Origin: Candidatus Heimdallarchaeota archaeon
GTDB lineage: Archaea; Asgardarchaeota; Heimdallarchaeia; Heimdallarchaeales; Kariarchaeaceae
DNA: 15,246 nucleotides
Direction: 5' to 3'
Assembly: GCA_015523565.1 (NCBI GenBank)
Contig: WAKA01000090.1
Coordinates: 1-15,246, forward strand
Within the stretch, counting starts at the first letter, position 1. Every line of letters starts with the position of its first letter. Below are positions 7,481 through 15,246 of the stretch, one piece after another. Below the pieces are notes generated by a model. The model was not told where the DNA came from and made no database searches. It saw only the letters and a list, made by a program, of their open reading frames with translations. Both the position numbers and the translations under genes were made by a program.

Positions 7481-10400
7481 ATGTCTATTTGTTTTGTTAA
7501 AAAAGGGATTGCACTTGTGATTGCCGTTGGTTTGATTGCATCAGTTCAATTTATTGGAGGCGGGGGCAGGGCGGCGAAAATGGCAATGCAACAGGGATTT
7601 GTGGCAAGAAGCCAGAAAGGGCGAGTTAATCCGCAAACTGGACTGAACCAAGTTCAACAGGATTCCTTGCAAAGTCATAAGGAATATGTCAATGGGTTAA
7701 TTAGCAAGATATGGAAAGAAAACTTTACGGATACATCAGCATTTGCAAAGGTAGCAGGGCAGACAATTTTCAGTGACCTGACTTCATTTGCATCAAGCTA
7801 TGCGAGTGGGGGGGATGGATCTGTCGGCAACCCATATATCTTTGATGGGCTATTCATCAACGCATCGGTTACGGAAATGTATTTTGACTCAGTAACGGCA
7901 TATTTTGTGCTCAGGAACAGTTTGGTTTTGGGAAAGATGACAATATCTGCATCTAATGTCAAAAGCATCACGAATACAGTTTTGTTCTCATCATCCTATG
8001 CCCTGCGGTTGTTGGGGGTACAGGACATGGAGATTTCAGGGAACACAATTGTGGCCAATGGAACGTCCTATGCAATAGCCATTTATGGAAGTAAAATTTT
8101 GGACATCAGGAACAATGTAATCTTAACTTCTGAAACTGCGGGAGCGGTAGTGCTTTCATCGGGAAGTTTTACGGTCATTAATGTAAATTTCACCCAAAAC
8201 CAGTTCCAGACACTTAGTTCAGTAATTTATTCGACATCAGGATTTGGAGGGGACAATCGGCTGATTGGGAACATCTTCAATTCTTCCAGTACATCCACAT
8301 TCATCACCATTCTGCCTAGAGGGAACATTGAGTTCAGCGACAATACAGTCATGGTTCATTATTCCCCGAACAAATGGGATGGAAACATCTTTTTCGGTGG
8401 GATAGGGGGAGGAACTGGAGATGTTTGGACAATCAGGAACAATACGGTTTCTGGATTGGAAGATGGGTTCTTTTTTTCTTCGCCAAAGGTGCTGGAATTA
8501 GAGAACAATACAATTCGTGAAAGCCTTCATGGGGTGAGATTTTATGATGGGAACAACCAGTCAAGAATTCATGGAAATATAATTGAAGACACACAAATCG
8601 GGTTTTACATCAGAATTTCAGACAACAATACCATCGATGGAAGTATTCTCCGTCGCGTTGGTTTTGGGGCAATTTTTGAATTTGCCACAGGCAATGTTTT
8701 GAATAATACGTACATTGAGGACTTTAATCTGCTGATGTATGACATCACTGCGAACAATCCTCCAAATCGGGACTTTAACACAAATACGGTTGGCAAGAAA
8801 GATGAAGGGATCAATGTCAAGACAGATGGGGATCTTGATGCCATGGTAACAACGGAGGGATTGCCAGGGAATGGTACACCTGATGACCCATACGTCATTT
8901 CTAAATTGACAATTGATGGGGGATTGGGATTGGCAATTACAACAAATTATACAATAAAACTGAAGGATCTTGTCATAAAAAATGTCTTTGCAGACATTGT
9001 CAAGCCTTTAAGCATTACCTCAGACAATGGCTTAATCCTTGAGAATGTGACAGTCATCAATGCGACAAACGGGATATTCTTGGATACGAAGGGATCCTTG
9101 GTAATCATCAACTCCAGCTTTTCTGGGTTCATGTATTTTTCGACGATCAAAAGTGGAAAGTCATCATTCATTGACGGGATTAGGTATACGGATTCAGAAG
9201 AGGGGCTTTCGCTTAGCTTGGAAAACTCTGTCTTCTCAAATTTCGAATTGAGAAATGTCTATGGCAGTCAGCAAATATACGTAAGTGGCACAAACCTGAC
9301 CTTCACGGACGGAAGCATCACGGGTGGTACAAATGCCTTCAAGGTGTCAGGTTCCAGTAATGTAACAATTAAGCGAACAATAATTAATGGGACTGAAAAG
9401 CCTGTTTATGTTTCAGAGGTTTTTGGGTTCGTGTTCAAGGACAATTATGTGACATTATCGGAATATAAAGGGGTGGTGGAATATTCAGATAACATAAATG
9501 TTACTGGGAACATGTTCGTTGACAACAAGGACAGTGTGTTCTATATTGAGGTCAACTACTTGAACAAGCCATTCTCGATTTGGAACAATTATTTCATAAA
9601 CAATAGTTGGGAAAAGGGAAGGGGGCATATTGAAACATATGATGAATTGGTTCTTACTGTTGACGGAGTTGGGAATTACTGGTCTGATCTTCGCGATGGG
9701 GAAACAGAATATTATGTGCAGGGATATGCCGATACAGCACCAATTCGACCTTCAATAGAGCCAGTGCAACGGGATGTTGAATACGACACCACAATTTCAA
9801 TCAGTATGGCAAGTAAGTTTCCGGTTCCCTTGGATTCATGGGTCTTGTTCCAAAATGGGACGATGATACAGAACGGGACATGGAATACGGATGGAAACCA
9901 ATTCACATTCAGCCCAATGAAATTGGGGAAATATGCCTTTGAAATTGGGGTTCGAGACAAAAACAATGTCAAAGGACTGAACACAAGCATTGTGATCAAT
10001 GTTGTCGATACAACGGCACCAACAATCGTATCTGCTGGGAATGTCATCATCCATGAGGGAGAGACAGTGAATCCATTGGTTTGGCAAGTGAATGACTGGT
10101 TCCCGGATTCCTACGAGGTGCTGAAGAATAACACCTCCTTTGTGACAGGAACGTGGAGCTCTACAGAAAACATCACTCTTGACATTTCCGGATTGGGAAT
10201 TGGAACATATAATTTCACCCTCATTGCAAAAGACAAGAGTGGAAACACGGGGGTTGATGAGATCATTGTCCAAGTCCTACCAATAACCTCGTCAAGTACC
10301 ACGTCAAATACGAAAACAGAAACGCCTACAACGACGACATCCCTACCCAAAGTTTCTATGGACACCACCACCACCATTTCAAATAAGGGCAATGGAAAAG

Positions 10401-10501
10401 AAAAATCAACGAATGGACGGTTCCTGTTGTTTATTGTGATCATCATCAATATGCTTGCACTATATTTCGGGGCAAAGTCTTATTATGAATCACGTCATTG
10501 A
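7481..10501 (+). CDS. Membrane-anchored surface protein with NosD/pectin-lyase-like right-handed beta-helix repeats and Ig-like domains (1006 aa)
   Basis: N-terminal KK plus hydrophobic signal/TM segment. Two cap motifs (GDGSVGNPYIF, GNGTPDDPYVI), many (I/F)xxNxI repeats, GNYWSD, Ig-like DTTAP...GTYNFTLIAKDKSGN, a Ser/Thr-rich stalk and a C-terminal TM helix. Many NxS/T sequons. Confidence 0.88.
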   Translation: MSICFVKKGIALVIAVGLIASVQFIGGGGRAAKMAMQQGFVARSQKGRVNPQTGLNQVQQDSLQSHKEYVNGLISKIWKENFTDTSAFAKVAGQTIFSDLTSFASSYASGGDGSVGNPYIFDGLFINASVTEMYFDSVTAYFVLRNSLVLGKMTISASNVKSITNTVLFSSSYALRLLGVQDMEISGNTIVANGTSYAIAIYGSKILDIRNNVILTSETAGAVVLSSGSFTVINVNFTQNQFQTLSSVIYSTSGFGGDNRLIGNIFNSSSTSTFITILPRGNIEFSDNTVMVHYSPNKWDGNIFFGGIGGGTGDVWTIRNNTVSGLEDGFFFSSPKVLELENNTIRESLHGVRFYDGNNQSRIHGNIIEDTQIGFYIRISDNNTIDGSILRRVGFGAIFEFATGNVLNNTYIEDFNLLMYDITANNPPNRDFNTNTVGKKDEGINVKTDGDLDAMVTTEGLPGNGTPDDPYVISKLTIDGGLGLAITTNYTIKLKDLVIKNVFADIVKPLSITSDNGLILENVTVINATNGIFLDTKGSLVIINSSFSGFMYFSTIKSGKSSFIDGIRYTDSEEGLSLSLENSVFSNFELRNVYGSQQIYVSGTNLTFTDGSITGGTNAFKVSGSSNVTIKRTIINGTEKPVYVSEVFGFVFKDNYVTLSEYKGVVEYSDNINVTGNMFVDNKDSVFYIEVNYLNKPFSIWNNYFINNSWEKGRGHIETYDELVLTVDGVGNYWSDLRDGETEYYVQGYADTAPIRPSIEPVQRDVEYDTTISISMASKFPVPLDSWVLFQNGTMIQNGTWNTDGNQFTFSPMKLGKYAFEIGVRDKNNVKGLNTSIVINVVDTTAPTIVSAGNVIIHEGETVNPLVWQVNDWFPDSYEVLKNNTSFVTGTWSSTENITLDISGLGIGTYNFTLIAKDKSGNTGVDEIIVQVLPITSSSTTSNTKTETPTTTTSLPKVSMDTTTTISNKGNGKEKSTNGRFLLFIVIIINMLALYFGAKSYYESRH

Positions 10502-10577
10502 GGATAGGTAGAGTTAAGGCATATCAAACAGAGAGAATGAAAAAAAGGATAGATAACAATCATAGGCAGATTTAATC

Positions 10578-11762
10578 ATGACAAGAATTGAGAGATTAGG
10601 CAAATCACTACAAAGGAATATATATAATGACATGAGTTCTTTTTTTGTGGCATATGACCATTCAGACAAAAAATCTAAGTTGCTCGGATGTCTTCTTATC
10701 GGGGCACTTTCAATGCTGTATGCTGAGGTAGGGTCAGGAGCTTCTAACCTTTGGTTTTTAGACCCCTTTGGATGGTTGCTGACTTTCGTTCTTTATGCAC
10801 TCCATACACTGTTTTATTTCAATATAGCAGTGAGATTACATAAAACTTCGATTCAGCACCTATATTTATTGGGAATGCTTTTTGCGCTTTATGAGGCCCC
10901 AATTACCCAAGTTTTATGGAGTGGATACATTGATCAAGGAAGTGCCATGTGGGGAACATTTTTGGGAGTGGCATGGGGAGAATTCCTGGTTCTTGTCTTC
11001 TTCTGGCATCCCGTAATGTCCTTCATCTTGCCAATTTTAACGTATGAGGTATTCATATTGGAAGGGAATGAGGAAGAAGGTCTAGGGGAAAATGTTCTTC
11101 CAACACATACTGAGTTTTTTGCAAGGCTTGCAAAAAAGAAAAAATGGCTGTTTTTCTTCACTATTCTCTTTACCCCCTTTCAACTGATTGGGTCAGGATT
11201 TGATATCGTCATTTCATTGATCTCCATTCTTGGAACCATCGCTCTCGCAATCCTCTTCAAGAAATCACTGTCTTGGTTGAAAAGGAGAAGAGGGATCAAT
11301 CAAGCAGTAAGTTTGAAAGATATAACTCTTGGAAAGAGAGGAATGATAACTATAACACTGGTATTGATTTTCTGGGTCTATGGCTTTGGATCCTTTGCAA
11401 TTTCAACGTTTGTTCCAGGAAGGTGGCCAAAATCCCTGCAACCCTACCTGACTATTGCATTGTTCGCATTGATCGTAATACTATTGTTTGTAACTTCCCC
11501 TACAGACCTCCAAAATGAAAAACATGAGGGAATGTCTGAACAAACGTCAGAACTTGAGTATCAAATCGACATGAGTGAACTTGCACAAATCGTGAAACGG
11601 ATATGGATTGTCTGGATACTTTCAACCGTCGCCTTCGCCATCATTCCCCCTGCCGGATTGGTTGTAGGTTTCCTGATGTACTTGACGATGATACCCCTAG
11701 GAATAATTTTTTTTGGCAAAATCTTTCAATGGCTTCTCAAATCAAGATTATTAGCCCCATAA
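10578..11762 (+). CDS. Multipass membrane protein of unknown function (394 aa; alternative start 10632)
   Basis: About 9-10 hydrophobic segments, with intramembrane acidic/His residues (YAEV, LYEAP, FFWHP, TYEV). Confidence 0.8.
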   Translation: MTRIERLGKSLQRNIYNDMSSFFVAYDHSDKKSKLLGCLLIGALSMLYAEVGSGASNLWFLDPFGWLLTFVLYALHTLFYFNIAVRLHKTSIQHLYLLGMLFALYEAPITQVLWSGYIDQGSAMWGTFLGVAWGEFLVLVFFWHPVMSFILPILTYEVFILEGNEEEGLGENVLPTHTEFFARLAKKKKWLFFFTILFTPFQLIGSGFDIVISLISILGTIALAILFKKSLSWLKRRRGINQAVSLKDITLGKRGMITITLVLIFWVYGFGSFAISTFVPGRWPKSLQPYLTIALFALIVILLFVTSPTDLQNEKHEGMSEQTSELEYQIDMSELAQIVKRIWIVWILSTVAFAIIPPAGLVVGFLMYLTMIPLGIIFFGKIFQWLLKSRLLAP

Positions 11763-11870
11763 CGTGGGAGAATAAGGAAAAACATGAGGATGACATGGAG
11801 AAAAACGCGGATTTGTTTTGTTGAAAGCCAGTGGGAAATAGCTAAAAAGTCCTTTACTACCTAAATATCT

Positions 11871-12377
11871 GTGAGAATTGCAATCATTGGCTCAAATCGC
11901 GGAAACGAGAAACTTAATGCCTTTGCTTTTGAGGCAGGACAAGCTCTTATGGATTGGGGACATACCATCATCAATGGAGGGATGGGCGGCATCATGGAAG
12001 CAAGTGCAAAAGGTGCAAGGACAAGTGTCTCTTTTGAGGAACATAGACTTATCGCAATCCTTCCCGTCAATGACCCAAGCAAAGGAAATCCATATTCAGG
12101 CGTGAAAATTGCAACCCATTTGGGAACTGGCCGAAACTACATGATCATACTCAATTCAAATGCCGTTCTTGCCATTGGAGGTGGTGCGGGTACTTTGAAC
12201 GAGATTGCAACAGCATGGGAACTCAAACGACCCATTGCAGCGTTTGTCGGTGCGGGTGGATGGTCTGAGAGATTGGCAGGCACTTCCATTGATTCTAGAC
12301 GATCCGACAGGATAAGCCCAGTCCATTCAATCAGTGAACTGGAGGATTGGCTTTCAAGTCTTGATGCAGAACAGTAG
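11871..12377 (+). CDS. TIGR00725 family / LOG-like (SLOG superfamily) Rossmann-fold protein
   Basis: IAIIGS, NGGMGGIMEASAKGA, GTGRNYMI and AIGGGAGTLNEIATAW motifs. GTG start. Confidence 0.9.
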   Translation: MRIAIIGSNRGNEKLNAFAFEAGQALMDWGHTIINGGMGGIMEASAKGARTSVSFEEHRLIAILPVNDPSKGNPYSGVKIATHLGTGRNYMIILNSNAVLAIGGGAGTLNEIATAWELKRPIAAFVGAGGWSERLAGTSIDSRRSDRISPVHSISELEDWLSSLDAEQ

Positions 12378-12476
12378 AAGCAATACAAAAAAGTGGACGT
12401 GAAAACCAAATTCAAGATTGGCTTTCACATAAATCCAAGATCCACTCAACCAAATTCAAGATGTGGGGGGAGGGAG

Positions 12477-12518
12477 GCAGCCACCCAAGAAAATCACGGA
12501 TGGCTGCAATTTTTTATT
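12477..12518 (+). terminator. GC-rich hairpin followed by a T-tract
   Basis: GCAGCCAcCC (12477-12486) pairs with GGaTGGCTGC (12498-12507), followed by AATTTTTTATT, about 100 nt downstream of the SLOG gene. Confidence 0.5.
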
Positions 12519-12770
12519 AGGTTTCGATCAAAATAAATGTTTGTATTACCGAAATATTATCCGAGTTTGATTTTTACAGAAGACAGCCTCTGTACAGGAA
12601 CCATTATCTTTTTACCCTTCGAACAGGGAAAAACGGCAGATTATGCTTCGTGTGAAAGTAGTTTCATCTTCACTTGCAAACCCTTGTGCTTGAAATTATA
12701 AAGTAACGGAAGGATTGAATCCATCTTTGCCTCCATTTCTTCGTCTTCACTTGAATTCAAGGCTTCAGTC

Positions 12771-12795
12771 AGTAAAACCTTAAATAGCGTGGTGA
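12771..12795 (+). promoter_or_regulatory. Putative BRE-TATA promoter for the 538-aa gene
   Basis: AGTAAAACC followed by TTAAATA (12780-12786), 20-26 nt before ATG 12806. GGTGA at 12791. Perfect palindrome CTTGAATTCAAG upstream at 12750-12761. Confidence 0.55.
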
Positions 12796-12805
12796 GGCAT
12801 TTCCT

Positions 12806-14422
12806 ATGATGAGTTTATTGGAAAGTCTTCGACAAGGAGATGAGGAGGCATTTTCAAGCCTAGAGGAAACAGAAGCGTCCGAAATCATTGAAAGCCTACC
12901 AGAACTGATTCAAGTGGCATTTGAACAGGAAGACAGGATGCGCTCGTTTGCCGTTTTCAGAAAGATACACGAGGTGCTCCAATCCAATCCACAGGAAATA
13001 GATAGACATTTTGGGACTATTGTGGATGCAATAGAACGGATTGTGGACATGAAACCCCCTGAAGATGACCTACTTCACAGTGCAGGCACGATGCTCTACA
13101 CTCTCGTCGTCCAGAAATTTATTGTGGATCCAATGCTGGTTGACCAGCATGCAAGATTTCTATTGAAATTGATGTCTGCTGGCGGGACATTCGGTCAGTT
13201 GACTGTTTCGCCAATAAGCCAAGCCGCCCAGAACCGACCAAAAGTCATAGCACCATATGTAAGGGAACTGTTTGAAGCCATAAGGGCGGGAAATGATGTA
13301 CTGATGGTTGCACTTTACGGGTTGTATCCACATAACAAGGAAGGATTTGAAGAGGAATTTCCAACCCTGATGGAGCTTTATAGATCGAAACCAGCACACA
13401 AGTCAATCACCCTGAAGATCATCGGGGACATTGCCGCATCCCGACCTGAATTGGTAAGGGATCATCTTGAAGAATTCCTTCCCGACCTGCAAGGTATGGG
13501 GACATCATATCAAGCCCTAGTTATCTTCACCGAGGTTGCAAAGGTTGATCCTGAGGCTGTTGAACCCTTTATTGACCAAATCTATGCAGAGGCAGAGAGC
13601 CAACCGCATATGGCATATTCAGTGCCCAACCTGCTCGGCTTGGTCGGACGGAAGATGAGAACTGAGGATATGCTTGAGAAGCTGATGGCATTGTCCAAGA
13701 AGGTTCCTGAGGAAGCCCTCCCCTTGGTGCTGGCAGAAGTCAGGAACCTCGGTGAGGTTGACACGTCCCTGTTGGATGAATATATGGATGAAATCAGGGC
13801 ATTTGAATCACACCAACAAGAAGGCGTGCGTGACCAAGCAAGGATGATTGTTGACCTATATGAGGGTCGCTCATTGAGGACACTTGAACTTTCCATAGAG
13901 GAACAGAACCGCCGGATTGCAGAAGCTGTCAAGACTACGGAGGATCTCAGGAGGTATGTTGACGAGAACATCTCTGAGCTCAAGGATTTCATTGCCCAAA
14001 TCAACAAGAAGCTTCCAATCCCCAAGCGGTTTTCCACAAGGGGGATGATAAGGAAGACCCTCGTCCTTGAGTTTGTATGTGAAGGTGATTCGCCAAACTG
14101 TCTGTTCCCTGATGACAGACCGTTCACAACTGAGACAAAGGACTGGAACAAATGGCTGAAAATAGCCTTTTCAGGAATAAAGCTGGGCAAAAGCCTGATC
14201 GTGCCCGCCAGCGGAGGTGACGCCATCAGTGCCGTAAAGGACGCATATGACGCCTATAAGGACAGATACGACAAGGATTTCCTGTCTTACATCAGGGAGC
14301 CATTCCTGACAAGTTCAGAACAGGACAACCTAGTGAACCAACTGCGTGATGCAAAATTCTTCAACGTGTTCAACTATGATGCACAGACTGCCAAATGGGT
14401 CTGCACCATGTGTGGATTATAA
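12806..14422 (+). CDS. HEAT/ARM alpha-solenoid, coiled coil and Cys4 domain protein; Melted/VEPH1-like, lacking the PH domain (538 aa)
   Basis: HEAT-like units ([39 protein letters not shown]) and a coiled coil ([16 protein letters not shown]). The C-terminal KKLPIP...LEFVC...NCLF...WLKIAF...KFFNVFNY...WVCTMC matches the pre-PH region of VEPH1 as I recall it. Confidence 0.75.
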   Translation: [538 protein letters not shown]

Positions 14423-14559
14423 TTTCAAGGTTGAGTCGTGTTTTTGTAAATAAGAAGTAAATTTTGGCGAATTAATATAATCTTCCAATTTCTTTTCAAT
14501 ACAACTGGTATTGTTACATTCATTTGAAATTGAATCATGAATTCCACAATAACCAAATA

Positions 14560-15246
14560 TCATGGCCGACCACCTATAACGTTCTTTTCCCAAAGTTCCC
14601 CAAGAGTGTATGTTTCTAGCCAGTCCCTAAGTTGTTCTGTTTCCAACCGTTTTCCTTGTGAATGTCCCTTTTTGTATTCAACAACAACAATAGCATCCTC
14701 GCTGAAATAATCTAGGAGCCGAGGAGATTGTGTACAAAGAATAAATTGAATATCAGTTGACCGTTTCATAACCGCTTCCCAGAACAGTAACAGAGCCTTT
14801 GGGTGTAATCCCAATTCAGGTTCATCAATCAGGATCAGGCAAGGGTAATCTTCTTGGAAGATGGTGACAAGCAATCCAACCAGACGTTTGGTTCCGTTTG
14901 AAAGATCGACAAAATCAAAGATATGATCCGCATTTGTATGTCTCCATTCCAGTAACACCATGGAATTGTTCAATGGGTTTAATCGAAAATGGAATTCCTT
15001 GAAAAATGGCGCGGCAAGGTTGATGATTGTTTCGATCTGATAAAGCAGTTTTGGTTGGTTTTGTGCCAGGCGATACAGAACTGAAGAGAGATTTTCTCCA
15101 TCCCCTTTCAGTACCCAATTGTCATGAACTGACGATGACTTTCCCAAAGGAGTGGTTGCACTCACATCAGAAAAATGGTATACATAGAGACGTTTTTGCT
15201 GTTCAAATACCTCTTTTAACCCCTCGTTCAACCAATTGAAGTCAAC
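14560..15246 (-). CDS. AAA_21/ABC-type (SMC-like) ATPase, C-terminal part; 5' end lies outside the window
   Basis: Signature LSNGT, Walker B/D-loop ILIDEPELGLHP, switch CTQSP, and terminal LGELWEKNVIGGRP. The frame stays open to the window edge (VDFNWLNEG...) and no Walker A is present in the window. Confidence 0.88.
   Translation of the reverse strand, partial: VDFNWLNEGLKEVFEQQKRLYVYHFSDVSATTPLGKSSSVHDNWVLKGDGENLSSVLYRLAQNQPKLLYQIETIINLAAPFFKEFHFRLNPLNNSMVLLEWRHTNADHIFDFVDLSNGTKRLVGLLVTIFQEDYPCLILIDEPELGLHPKALLLFWEAVMKRSTDIQFILCTQSPRLLDYFSEDAIVVVEYKKGHSQGKRLETEQLRDWLETYTLGELWEKNVIGGRP

Noticed and set aside
13582-14226. 214-aa antisense ORF, and similar ORFs opposite the 295-, 1006-, 394- and 168-aa genes
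   Set aside because: They fully overlap well-supported genes, have Ser-rich shadow composition and show no motifs.

Overview
AT-rich archaeal-looking DNA, most likely from an Asgard archaeon. This is inferred from the longin-type proteins, a NosD-type surface protein and TATA-like promoters. From left to right: (1) a minus-strand gene of at least 878 aa that runs off the left edge and is missing from the ORF track; (2) a 1510-bp-period tandem duplication of a three-gene operon (Cys4 V4R-like protein, 98-aa helical protein with a basic/aromatic tail, longin-like protein), whose copies alternate between identical and divergent tracts; (3) a PD-(D/E)xK (Rpn-like) nuclease followed by a free-standing paralogue of its own C-terminal domain, expanded by a 24-bp tandem repeat; (4) a 1006-aa beta-helix/Ig-like surface protein, a multipass membrane protein and a TIGR00725/SLOG protein; (5) a 538-aa HEAT/ARM protein with a Cys4 C-terminal domain that resembles animal Melted/VEPH1 without the PH domain; (6) the 3' part of an AAA_21/ABC-type ATPase. 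All family calls come from reading motifs and from memory; no database searches were run.
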